Assembly (NCBI GenBank): GCA_965153285.1
Contig: OZ229115.1
DNA from: Podarcis tiliguerta
Lineage: Eukaryota
Length of the DNA stretch: 64,000 bases
Direction: 5' to 3' (one strand)
A model generated the notes under the pieces. The model was given only the letters and a program-made list of their open reading frames with translations, made no database searches and was not told where the DNA came from. The position numbers and the translations under genes are program-made. Position 1 is the stretch's first letter, and each line of letters starts with the position of its first letter. Shown piece by piece: positions 1-12,910 of the stretch.

Positions 1-865
1 TCATAGTCTTGGAGAGCAAGCTGAGTGCCCAGGCTGCACACTCCTAAAGTCAAGATGGCTGTAAGATGTACAGAGAGAGATACAGAGATTATGTGGTTCC
101 AAATCCAAAGTGGGGAGACTTGGGGAGAATAGTGTTATTTGGGAGGTGTATTCCTAGCTTGCCTGGAAGAGGGCAAGGTATTCAAAAGTTACCTGAGGGA
201 GAGAAGGCTACTCTCTGGCTGCAATAGAGCTTTTACACTTATCCCATTTGCAGCCTGATCAATCTAGCAGTTTCCACTCATGAGCTGATCTGAGAGAGCC
301 TCATTACCTGCCTTAAAGTTGCAGCCATGCACTTAGCTCTTAAAGATGGGATTTCAGGAATATCTGACTGATCATTTCTCTTCTCATTTATTTCTGCTGC
401 CCTGAACCAATTCAACCTGTAAAGTCGAAAGAGGAAGAATAAGTTGGAACATATTTGCAGAGCTCTTGCCACACTCTGCTCTTGACTTCCTGCATCCTTT
501 TGCAAATCACCCCTACTGGACGCCATGCAAGTGGGGAGCTATGCCTACCAATTGTGTCAAAAGGTAACAAGGAATAGAAGATGCCCCACTCCATTGCTGG
601 CGAAGGGAACAGAACACTATCAGGGAAGCCCATTGAGTCGCAATACCTGAGAATCTCTCCCAAAGTATGAAGCTTGTCACACTGACAAGACTACTCTTGC
701 CTCAGTGAGATAGAAACTGCTAGCCTTCTGTCTGGAAGCAGGGAAAAGCAGTGTCTCTCAACCACGGGAGGCTACAAACCAAATTTAAATAAAATAAAAA
801 ACAAGTTTTGTTTCTCAGGAACAGAATTATGGACCAGATTTTGGACTGTATAGTATGGTCATACC

Positions 866-1031
866 CAGTGCTTTTTCCCCCTTAAAAATGTTTAGGGGTA
901 CTCTCATTTTGACGCAAGAAAATCACCATTTTATAGTTCAAATTGGGAAAAATAAATACGGTAAATGGACAAAAGAACAAAGATTCACAAAATGTTTAGG
1001 GGTATACGTACCCCCAGGAAAAAAAGCATTG
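866..1031. mobile_element. Non-autonomous hAT-type MITE (166 bp)
   Basis: TIRs CAGTGCTTTTT / AAAAAGCATTG (1 mismatch); perfect 8-bp TSD GTCATACC at 858-865 and 1032-1039; internal repeat aaaatgtttaggggta occurs twice. Confidence 0.85.
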
Positions 1032-2404
1032 GTCATACCATTGGTCTTAAAATATCTGTACATTTCGTGTGTGTATCCAGGAAGCTGCTTTATCCTGAGG
1101 TCAGATCTAAGGCCAACCATAGTTATTTAGTGACCGATGTGGTACAACCCTCTTTTGGGCCTAAATCACTTCAGCTTTGATACAATAGGTTTCTTGTTTA
1201 AAGACCCGCATATATACACATCCAATACAAAGAGAACATTCCTTGTAAAAATCCTCCTCTCTGAGATTGTCAGACAAGACAATTAGCCATCTCTGAGGTG
1301 GAACCATTTTTGTGTAATGTGCACATAGGCAACTCACCATGCGAAAACCATGTGACAAGGGGCCTATGAAAGCCTTGCACTGTGTCAATCACAGTACATT
1401 TCATCTCATCAGCAGTTCCTCGCACTAGGAGAACAGAACCTGTAGATTACAAGTCAACAAACACAGTATCTCAGTCAACACTACAAGGATCCACTTTACT
1501 GACCGTTATTAGCACCACCTTGACATTGCCTGTGAAAAGGGTTCAGTGACAGGAACATACTCTGTTAGGGGACAGTCCACAGGAGCAGCTTCCCCTATAT
1601 ATGGGGGACTATGGCCTATCCTCGGAATGCAGCAAGAGTGGAATGCATTGTGAGCCAGGGTAGACATTAATAAAGCCATAGCCATTTCTGTGACCACAGC
1701 AGCACTTTACAAGAACTGATCCTGGTTGCCCTTGTGCAACAACCCAATTTCATAGAAACATTTCCCTTTGCAATCATGATTGAAGAGAACCTGCATCCGT
1801 ACATAAGGGAGAAACAGCAACAGTAAGTAAAGAAGAAGAACGCAATCAGGAAATGCTTCATTACTTTGTACTTTCAGTTAAAACAGGCAAAAGGGAGACC
1901 ATTCTGCTTACCCATACAAATCTTTTACATACAAGAAGTGCTGGAAAAAATATTCAAGTTGCATATGTCAATCCAGCTCCATACTTTTTTTCTTGGTCCC
2001 TGCCCTCTTTGCTTTTATTGAATGTCATCTGATGAAGAGTTGGAGAGGGGGCTCAAATGTGTGCACACTGTTTTGTAAGATATTCAGGTTGTTGTAACAA
2101 AGGTATTGCTCTAATAAAGATTTTGAATTTTCTCCTATAGGCCAAAACAGCTACCTTGCCTGTGGCACCTGCAACAGTGCCAGTTTCACAGATTGAATCC
2201 ATCGATAGTCTAAAGCAATCCCACAAGTAAACTGGTTTCAAGGTGTTCAAGACTTTATAAACTATGAAATAACTTTGAGGGAACTCTTCCCACACTCCAT
2301 CTCTTAAGACTCCAACCAGACGCAAATATGGATAACTTGGTTAACCATCTTGTTTTCCTCTTCTTTCCCCAACTCTCCCAAACTGAGTACCTTAGCATCT
2401 AACC

Positions 2405-2539
2405 CAGGACTGGAGAAACTATCGCCTTCTTGATATCATTGGACTACAACTCCCATCATTCCTGACCACTGGCAATGCTGGCGGATGCTGATGAGAGCTG
2501 GAGTCCAGCATCTGGAGGGCCATACGTTCTCTGCTCTTG
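2405..2539. mobile_element. Short hAT (Charlie-like) MITE of the common lizard ggactacaactcccatc family
   Basis: Foldback core ggactacaactcccatca...tgatgagagctggagtcc; 8-bp TSD ATCTAACC/ATCTAGCC. Confidence 0.75.
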
Positions 2540-3984
2540 ATCTAGCCTAATGAAGGTTTCTGAAGAACTACAAAACATTGGCTGACCTACAAAACCTATT
2601 GACCTAATGTGTATTTTGGAACTTATTTCTAGGTAGAATTTGATGTGGACACCACACTTGCTACACTGCTAGAGCTTTTATTTAATTTTCAGTAAACGTT
2701 TGCCTCCTTGAAGTACAATCTTTTTAATAGTGGGCATGTCTCATTAACTCTGCCTTGAGAATCAGAAGCAGCAAATGCAGGATGGTGTGGTACTACTGGG
2801 AAGGGGAATGTCCATTATTTTGCTGTTAAAGGGAGACTTTCAGAGAAGATCCTGCAAGAAACCATTTTGTTTTCCCTAAGTTTGAAATCACTCATATCAT
2901 CCCAATTCCACCCAACTCCACATGTGACCAACTAACAATAATGAAGTTGGTCAAGACTTGGAAACAACTTATATAAAGCTGAAACTCCTGTCCATCAATG
3001 TTTGACCCGACCTAAATGGAATTCAGATTATTATTTGAACCCAGTTCGTCAACCTGGTCAGTTTTCTTCTATCACTTGCAGGGGGAAAACCTTGGTAGGA
3101 AACTGTATGTACTCTAACCACATGCAAAACAGGGATGTACTAAATAGGCCCTTTGCTAATCTGGGGTGAAGCAAGTGGGGTTTAATTTTTTGCATAACTC
3201 ACTGTCATATCCCTATGAATAGTGTGAGAAGAATATTTTTCTTCTTTAAAATTGCTTAATTTCTGAGATGGGTTACTGACCATTTGTTTTCTAGCTTATT
3301 TATGCATCCCTAAGGACTAGTGACATGAAAAGTAAAATAAAAGAGAGTCTGAATATTCTGAGTTTCTTCCATATAGCCATAGTCATACAGAACACACACA
3401 GCTTTGTCTATATGAGTCAGGCACATGGAGGGAAATGTTCCGGTGTGGGTCTTCAGCCAGCAGAACAGCATACAAATTTTAAATACTCCAGCTGTTCAAA
3501 GGATCAGCAGAAGGCCCCCTTATCACACTCATAATTTAGAATAGAAGCTCTTGTACATGATACAATCCCACACCACTGGAGAGTGTGTGAATACTGCAAC
3601 CACGGGGGGTGGGCATTGTGGGGAAGGAGAGATTGACAATATAATGGAACACTCTCACCAGACCATTGCCCACACTCCCATCAGGGAAGCAATTAGGTGG
3701 TATATACCTAGGGAATCAGTCCCACACAGTTGCAGCGTTCACATCCACTTCCCAATGGCATGGGATAACACCATGATGCAACATGGATGAAGGGGGGAAT
3801 ACTTTATTAAATCAGCTATAGTGACATTGACACTTTAGATTCACAGTTAAACTAAAGAGAGAAAGACCTCATACTTTAAGCGTACTTCCAGACAGCACTG
3901 CTTTTCATGGGCAGTTGAGCATTGACTGTGTCACTACCACAGTGAATCTGCACAGCTTCAGTCGGGGGGGGGGGCAGAATAATA

Positions 3985-4185
3985 CAGTCGTACCTTGGAA
4001 ATCGAACCATTCCAGAAGTCTGTTTGACTTCCGAAGCGTTCGACTTCCAAAGCGTGGCTCCTGCAGCCAATCAGAAGCCGCGGAAGCTTCACTGGATGTT
4101 TAGCTTCCAAAAGAACGTTTGAAAACCAAAACACTCACTTCTGGTTTTCGATCGTTTGGGAGCCGAAATGTAGAAGTTACGACTG
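3985..4185. mobile_element. Tc1/mariner (Tigger-like) MITE
   Basis: TA|CAGTCGTA...TACGACTG|TA: inverted termini with TA target duplication. Confidence 0.8.
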
Positions 4186-4952
4186 TACTGGCAAAAGCTG
4201 GAGGAAGAAGACTGATTTTCACATGTGTAAACCAACGTGAGTGTGCAATACTGAAAACTCACCACTAGGAGATAAGTATAAGTGGAGAAACTGCAGATGG
4301 AATGGAATCACAAACCAATAGCCACTGTTAGACTTGTGATTATCTTACTATCCAGCCCCACTTAGAAAGCACACCATATAACCAGTAGGAAATCAGCCAA
4401 ACCACCATTGATGCACCATCCCAAGTTTAGCTCTGTCTCCTTCCTTGCTACCTCTCCCCAAACATTTAAACAAGGAACCCACGGCATGTCCAAAAGGTCC
4501 AAACCTTTCCAGATACATTCCAGTTTGAAAGCTGAAACACACCATCACAGTCACGCATTACTAACATGCCAACGCAGAGCTTTCTTTGGCTTTCCCCATT
4601 GCTCTGTGCCCAGAACACACATTCCAGCAATCTCTCCACTGCAGCTTGCATTGCTGGGGCAGCCATGACCACAGCCACAATCCCGGGAAGGATCCTACCT
4701 CTGCACAAGGCTGTCCAAGAACTTGACAGGGCTCTGTTTGAAAAAAGCTGTTGAAAGAAATGATCTCTTTAAGTGCAATGGGGAGATATTTGTCTCTGAT
4801 TTACCCTTGGCTTTTTGCTCTGGTTCAGGTAGGAGCGGCGTGGGATGGCTGGCAGATCTGAGAGCATGGCACGCCCCAGCGGGCAAAGCGCGCAGTGCGG
4901 AGGAATGCGAGAGTCAGTTTGGAGTGCTCTCCATTTATCAAACTCATGCAGC

Positions 4953-5108
4953 NNNNNNNNNNNNNNNNNNNNNNNNNNNNNNNNNNNNNNNNNNNNNNNN
5001 NNNNNNNNNNNNNNNNNNNNNNNNNNNNNNNNNNNNNNNNNNNNNNNNNNNNNNNNNNNNNNNNNNNNNNNNNNNNNNNNNNNNNNNNNNNNNNNNNNNN
5101 NNNNNNNN
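4953..5108. other. Assembly gap (156 N)
   Basis: Run of N. Confidence 1.
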
Positions 5109-7685
5109 GAGAGAGCCAGAGCAACTCCAGATAATAAAGAGAACCAAGAAAGGGGAAAGGAGAAAAAAAAAAAAGCGAAGAAAGAAAGAGAAAAGAAAAG
5201 AAAAGATATCTGACCTGACTCTGCCATCTACCTTAACAGAACCTCAACGAGAGCCGGCTCAGCAGAGCTTTAGAGAATGTAAAACATTGCTCAAAAGAGA
5301 GAGGGCTCGTTAGCAGCAACTGCCAGCCGGGTGTTTGGCTGGAATCCTTTTCACTTCCAGCTTCGCTTTAGGTCGTAAGTGGTAATAAGTTTGTTGGTTT
5401 CTATTGCAGCTTCCCAATCTGCTCCCTTTAAGGGGAAATTTCCAGCGCATGCTCACTTTTTCTTTTGCACAACCAGCCAGCCGTCCGCAGCCTTGCGGTA
5501 GCCTAGCACAGGATGCCACAGGTCAGGATGAAGATGTGTTAGAAGCCCAGAACTTGAGGAAACTGATGTTTCAGGTGGTCTTTTTCTGGTAGCAAAGGAC
5601 CAGATAAAAAGGGATGCCAAGCATCAGCATGGAGGGGCACCAGCAGAGGAGACAGTGCCTGCGTGAAGCCCAAGCAGCTGACGTCAGAATGATTACATCC
5701 CTCTAATGCACAAACACTGTTGTTGCTTGTCTCCTTCTGTCAGAATAGGGCACTCCAAGAGGACAGAATATTGAAGAGGCTATTCCAAGCAGCTAGGATT
5801 CATGAAAAATAGTGCCTTCATTTTGCAATGAGTATTAATAAATAAGAGAGCATCTAAGAAATACTAAAGGAATAAAGTCTGTGGGGCTCAGTGCAGGAAG
5901 TACAATATCCCAATGGTCTGGTATTGCTGGGCTACATGGCTCATGTTCAACTGCATTCACACAAGCCTTGCAATTAGTTACCCATGACAAGTGATTATCT
6001 ATTGGATTTGATATTTATATACTTGGGTCTATTTGACCCAAAACCAACCCAATACCAACTGGTAAGCAAGTGACTAGCTTTGCCAATGAGAAACAAGAAA
6101 GAGGTGTCAGCACACTAGGGGGAACCCTGAGGTTTGCAAACAGAGGTGGCTTTAACACGAGGTTTAAAAACATACGGAAGGGGCCCCAAAAACAACCCAA
6201 TGAGGACTGCTTTCTCTCTCACCTTCAGTTTCCCCTTGTTCAAATAAGGGAAATTGCAGGAAGGAAGAAAAGAAATAATATAATATATCCTAAAATTAAT
6301 GTCAGGAAAAATTAAGGTTGTAATGTGTTATGCATAGTTAAGGTGTAGGCAAATAAGTCTTTCCACTGAAGGTTCAATTCCTTTCCTGTTCTCTCCCTGT
6401 TAATTAAGATCATTAAGGCATATATATCCTCTTGCTGCGATGGTGCCCAAACCACTTTCCCCTGGAAAAAAAGATGGAAACCATTGACATTGACTAGAGT
6501 AGTCTCTACGCAGTAAACTGTGATGTTATATGCCTACTCTAAAGCATCTGGAACTGGACACTGTTAGAAATAATATAGCTATAATACTGGGCTAGATGGG
6601 CCATTGGTTTGACCCCCAAAAGATTGTTCTTATATTATGCACTGCTCCACTGATGTTTTAATAGTCTTTCATATCTCATCCCATTAGCTATCCTGCCCCT
6701 GCTTAAATCCCTCAAAAAGCCTCATCTCGATCCTGTGCCTAACCTCCCTCTGTCTGCAAGGACCTTGGGTGTGCACTGCTTCATGCATCATGTGGTACAG
6801 AGCTAACACAGCAGGTGCCAAATCACATCTACCACAGGTGGATTTTAATGCCATGTTAAATGTTGAGGCAGGATACTGCCCCCTTTCAGATACTGCCGCT
6901 TCCATAAAATAAAAATAAAAAAATCCCCCACAGAAGGCTAGGGTGGCTTTTAAAAAACTATTCTATATTACTTCAAGCTTTGAAGTACAGAGAATAGCAA
7001 CACTCACATGCGGGTTGATTTTTCTTTTTAAATGCTGCCTTTATCAGAATAAATCTTTTCCTCCTCTGTATCACTGGAGATAGATAATCAAGTCAAAAAA
7101 GAAAGTCTCTTCTAACAATAGATTTCTTTTTCTTTCTGAACTTCAAATGGGAAACTCTTATCTCCAGCCACAGTTGACCAAGAGAAGAAAAGAACAGAAC
7201 ACACAGGCACACTCACCAAACCTTCCATTTACTCCAAAGGCCATGCTAACTCCACATACCCGCACCACTTCCCCCTCTGCTTAACCGAGAGAGGCATTCA
7301 GAACATTTTATAGGATGTATTTACTCACTAGAAACACTCTTGAAACAGAATGCTCCTTTTTGCTCAGAAGATGAACTTTGGTCTCTAAAATGGTATCTTG
7401 CCAGGTAAGTGTAGCTGCTCTGAGCATGAGAGATTTTCAAAGACATCTTCCATACCCAATCCTCTCTGACCAGCACTGTGAGCTTCCCAAAGGTATCTGG
7501 GGATCCAGCTTTGGGAAATGTTCCCATTTTTTCCAGTTCTTCATTGCCAGGTATATCTGGGGGACTCCTTTTGTTCCCATACAAAACCATTTTGGCCTTT
7601 AACCCTTTGAATTATCACTGGAGGTTACAAATCTCCTTAGGAAAATCATGGGGGGTTTCATAAGGCACTGATTTGGAGAAACATA

Positions 7686-8044
7686 GGGGCGCGGGTGGCG
7701 CTGTGGGTAAAACCTCAGTGCCTAGGACTTGCTGATCGTATGGTTGCCGGTTCGAATCCTCGCGGCGGGGTGAGCTCCCGTCTTTCGGTCCCAGCTCCTT
7801 CCCACCTAGCAGTTCGAAAGCACTCCTAAGTGCAAGTAGATAAATAGGGACCGCTTTATAGCGGGAAGGTAAACGGCGTTTCCGTGTGCTGCGCTGGTGC
7901 TGGCTCGCTAGAGGCAGCTTCGTCACACTGGCCACGTGACCCGGAAGTGTCTTCGGACAGCGCTGGCTCCCGGCCTCTTGAGCGAGATGAGCGCGCAACC
8001 CCAGAGTCGGACACGACTGGCCCGTACGGGCAGGGGTACCTTTT
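7686..8044 (+). mobile_element. Sauria SINE, near full length and CpG-rich (young)
   Basis: tRNA-like head with A box (ggtggcgctgtggg) and B box (ggttcgaatcc); typical body (gcagttcgaaagc, aagtagataaatagg); ends ggggtaccttt. Confidence 0.92.
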
Positions 8045-9686
8045 AGGGCTAACCTACACTTAGCTTTTGCCCCGCTATTTTCAGGCACAGGCCCATGCTT
8101 AAAAACTGAGTCCGAGCCTTTGTTTGTTTCTGCCTGAAGCTTGTTTGTTTGTTTTTCTGTCTGTTTTTGCCTTGCTGTTTAGCACTCAATTGGAGCAAAC
8201 CTCAATTCGAGTTTGAGCTTTAAAGAGCAGGTTTTCTGAGAGAAAGCTCCAGAACAAATGGGGGAGGGCGCCTCTCTCCGATAAAAAAAATATCAGATAT
8301 AAGTAGTTTAAGCCAGTGAAAATATGACCATATACAGCTACTAGCCCAGAAAAAATACAATCCCAAAACAAAATACTACAATTTCCTTTGTAATTTGTTC
8401 AAAATATCAATTATTCTACTAATGTCTATGGAAACACCGCTGGCTTTCTCTGAGGAATCTGCATTAGAACAGTCTCAGAAGCCTCTCTCTCACATGGGAT
8501 GATCTATCATACAAGGTACCCTCACTTCAAGCTGCCTGATGACTGATGTTCCACTAGCAGCGTGTTGGGATTGGCTGAGCACCCAGACAAATGCTCTATA
8601 ATCCCTTTTTTCCTCTCCTCCTCTGCCAATGTCTCCCATGAGAGGTGTGATGATAGACGGTGACATAACTGACTGTTCCCAATCAAGGTAATGTAAGTAA
8701 TGACAGCTGACGTGATTCCTGGAACGTGTTTCCAGCGGTCGGCCTATCTGCTTTGCCTACTATAGCAGAACATGGCAGCGCGTACGGAAAGGGGGGAAGC
8801 GGAGGAAGAACCTTAGCACAGGTCTTAAAAAAGTTAAAGAGTGCCTACTGGAAGCTCTAAACCGAAAAACTGCAGCAAAACCAGAAGTACCACAAAGGCC
8901 CCATTAACACATAATCTGCCCCAGGAAAGAACTCCAATAACCTAAACTCCTCTCATGCTTTGGTGGGAGTCCAAGAGGTGAAATTGTGTGACTAAGTGGT
9001 ACCCACAGTCATGGTGACATGAACACCTGCTACTTGAAAACCTCCAAGCTCAGAATGGCTTCATATGTTACAGAAAAATGTGCCGGCAGGGAAGCAGAGA
9101 TGTGGGGAATACGTGTCTGATTTCCACAGTTCATTCAGGCTCTGAAGCAGCAGTCCACAAATCTTGGCTGACATTATTAGTGACCATTCCCAGCCCTACG
9201 ACTCCCCTGAGTTTTCTGCCATACACAAAAGGATCTATGGGTAAAGAGCAATGGACTTCTCCCTTTGCACCAAGCTGGGAGACACCCCAAAGCAGTAAGA
9301 ATACCTTTGAACCCTGCAACCCAAATCCCAGCCCAGTACAGAGGACTGGAGGAAAGGGAGGGGTTAACGTCTCACTCCACAACAGGCAAAAAGCGCTTCC
9401 CCCAAAGGTGAGAGAGACTTCCCCATCCCACCCCATGGCATAAAGGAAGGTGACTGGGCTGCAATTCTAGTGGCTTTGGTTTGATAGGCAATGAGTCATG
9501 TGCAACTCTGGGGATGTCTGTTGAGTCTGCAAACCATAGAGGCGGCAGCAAAAGCTGGCTGCTGTAGCTAACTTGATCTTAAAATGACACAATTGCTGCT
9601 GCACCTTATCCTCGTATAGCTTGGGGCTAGTGAGCCTGTCAAAGCAACAGCAGGGAGGAGGAATGTGAATATTTTCAGACAACAAA

Positions 9687-10285
9687 TGTCATGGACGGGT
9701 TGGACACAGAGGAATGGTGGGAGGAACCAGCCAGGGTACCACCAAGGGAAGGAGGAGGCTCAGAGTCCGGAGAGTGGTGGTGGGATGACAGTGAGTGATT
9801 GGAGGGAGAAGACTGGGAAGAAGAAGTGTCGGGAGCTGAAGGGGTAACAAGGCTTAGTGAGCTGGGAGAGTCTGTGGCAGAGGCAGAAGCTGAAGCAGGC
9901 AAGGGGAAAGAGGGAGGCCAAGAGGCAGAGATGAGTCAGGCTGGTGAAGAGTCATGAGTGTCTCCGCCTCCTGCTGCAACTATTTCCCCTCACCACTTGT
10001 CTTCCAGAACCAGGCATGAAAAGTGTTGAGGAGAGGTTGGCTGCACACAGGAGCAGTCTTTGATTGCTTGGGGAAAGCCCTGGAATGGAGTAGAATCATA
10101 GGCTGGGATGAGGTGAGGACTTACAGCCTTGGCAACTGATTTTCATGGAGTGAGACCACCATGAATGAGCTGATGTGCTCATTAGGCCTGACACTCAGCC
10201 AGATCTGTGAAATCGTGTTTCTGTTAATAAAGAGTTAACTCCAACTTTGAACTGTGTGATTATTGACCAGCACATTGCTATGACA
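9687..10285 (+). mobile_element. Solo LTR, probably Gypsy-type (599 bp)
   Basis: TGTCAT...ATGACA inverted termini; 5-bp TSD ACAAA/ACTAA; AATAAA at 10226-10231. Confidence 0.8.
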
Positions 10286-10290
10286 ACTAA

Positions 10291-10564
10291 CAATGTAGGC
10301 CCAAATACCTGAAAGACTACCTCCTTCCCTACAGGCCCTCCTGGGTGTTAAGGTTGGGGGGGCGTGTCTCAGAAGTTCAAGTGGAGGTGCCCTGGGAGAG
10401 GGCATTTTTCATGGCATTCCCTCTCCACTATATTGCCTTTGACACCCACCATATATGTACATTGTTTAACTTATTTTAATATAGTATATTTATATTGTTA
10501 TAATCTGCCCTGGACCCTTGTGGTAATGCTTGAGCAAGAAATCCAATAAAACTAACAACAACAA
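10291..10564 (+). mobile_element. Degraded L2-clade LINE 3' end
   Basis: ggcccaaatacctgaaagactacctc resembles the GP-YLKDRL end of L2 ORF2, followed by an AT-rich 3' UTR and an (AAC)n tail; boundaries approximate. Confidence 0.55.
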
Positions 10565-12910
10565 GTTAGCTTGCATAATTCACATGGCGACAATCCATGG
10601 AAACTATAATTCAACATAAATATATAGTCCACTCTTAGTTGCCTGTTAAATAACAAATGAAGTATGCAACCAATTGGTGTCTACCCACAAGAAAAGCCAA
10701 CATAAATTATTGGGAGTTGTGAGCATTGTGTGTATACTGAATCTATACAAACACACAGCATAAAGAACCTGAATTTTGGAACACTGCTAATTTTAAGAGC
10801 AACACATTGGTAGCCATCATGGTTAAGAGAAAAAATGCAAAAATACTATCGCAAAAGGCTCTGAATGGTAAGAAGGCAAGGCTCCTGACATTTAAAACCT
10901 TGTTGTCTTTCCTCATATGTTCCTTGGACCAGGCTGTCCTACCACATAATTATCCCCAGCTTCACCTCATTTCTTACCCTCCACCACCACCAATTCCTTT
11001 CATACAGTTGGAATTTTGCAAAAACCAAAATCTTGCAATCAGTATGAAAATAAGTTTATTTCATACCAACTAGCACCGTTTAGTCACTGGGCAGAATTCA
11101 AATTTCTTAGGATGAAATGAAAGCATAATGTGTGCCCAGGAATATGGTCCAGTGGGGAAGAGGGATATCATATTTCTCACTTGGAGTTCAGCCAAGTCAT
11201 TGGTCTGCCCAGTCTCTTCAAAAAAAGTCTAGCAAATATACCATGTGATTTAATATCTGCAGCGTTCCAAAGGAGAAGATAATGGGCTGGATTCAACTAA
11301 ATAGTTACACTAGCTGGAGCCTGCACAATGGGGTTCCCCCTCTCCCCTCATAGCTCTTGGGGGTCAGGAGAACACCCAGAACAGTGCAAGCAAATAAGAA
11401 AGGCAAGTGAGTTTGCTTGCCTGATGAAACAGCAATGCTTGCACTGGCAGAGCAATCTCCTTAGCGCAACTTTCAAATCCACTAAAACTATAAAGCCCAA
11501 GTATAGGCATCAGAGGACTGGAGTTCTACTCCTAAATCTATCCTTAAACTTTCCGAGTCTCAGTGGAAAATATTTAATATCAGTTTTAGCTCCCTCCCTA
11601 TAAAGTTTGTTTCTAATATTAACAAATGCAAAACACTTGGAACCCCCTGGATTGGGAAGGACTAGGGAAGCCAAAAGGTTATGTGGACTATTTAATTTCT
11701 TTCTGCCCTGGAAAGCTATGGAAATTTGTATGGGAACATAGTGAAAATATCAGTAAGTATTTGAAAGTAGGTAATACAGAATAATCTGAGCAGTGCTTAA
11801 TTTAAAGACAAATAGGTAAGAGAAGTTCTATTAATAATAGAATCTCAGCAAATACAAGAGGGTTGGTCCAGTTAGTGCTGACCAAGGAGAACTAAACTTG
11901 CTCGCCCTCCTGGGCACATCCATGGAAGAACCCTTACAAAGTTGCAAGTTGCTCATCGTATCTCACCCAGAAAAAAAATTGCATGGAACGTGCCATCATT
12001 TACCTCTTGCGCTATTGCTCAGCAGAGCTAATAAATCTTGCATGAGCAGAGCAGATTGTAATTTTCTAATATGAAAAGGCATTTGGATTGAAAGAGGGAG
12101 GGAAAGATAAAAGTGATTGAATCCCAAGTAGCCCAGGGTCAGTGACAAGACACTCCCAAGAAGCATGGCTCCCTCTTCTCTCTCAAGCTTTTCATACATC
12201 CATTTCTCCCTACTCTCCACATGTTCTGTCTTAACTTCCCTTATTGACAGCACATTGCTTTAAATGGTTACACAAGTTATCATTTCCCCCTTCTGATCAA
12301 TCTGAATTTTCAGGGCAATTACCCTCTTAATCAATTATTGCCACCCAAAGCCCCTCAGATTCTTCCTCAGCCAAGCAGTTACACCTCTCTGGTGCAGACA
12401 GTACACACAGAAGCAATGAAGCTGGGGGCAACGCCAGCACAGGCAAGTCCATCTTACGCAGACACACCTGCCTGCTGCGAGACTGGAAAAGTGTGAAGGC
12501 CACTTCAAGGAACACCTGATGAAAAGAAATGAGCATGTGTAGGTGGAAGGCCATTAGAGAAGGAAAGCAATATGTAAGGATCCACAAATAAAGGGGGGAA
12601 CCAATCGCCTAGCTGGAGAGTAAACAAATTTATGCAGCCAGGCTGCCTGTAAGCCATGAAGAAGCTACATGATTAAGGACTGCTTAATCCCTAGAAAGGC
12701 AAATAAAGAGCCACAATATTTGACAAGGCCCAAAATCAGCAGTCCAACTGCTTCAGTACGTGTCCATTTCACAACAAAACCCATATTAACCACACCACTA
12801 CTCAACTGACTTCTGGCAGCTTTGTTATGACACAATAAATGTGAGTTGAACTCAAGTCCAGGACAATGCTGCACAGACCCTCTCAACCCACATCCAAAAT
12901 AAACCTAGTA

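Noticed and set aside
4723-5313. 196-aa ORF and overlapping ORFs
   Set aside because: Open only because they cross the N gap and a purine-rich low-complexity run; the same applies to ORFs over 35954-36153 and 58274-58473.
7615-8088. 157-aa minus-strand ORF
   Set aside because: Antisense reading of the GC-rich Sauria SINE.
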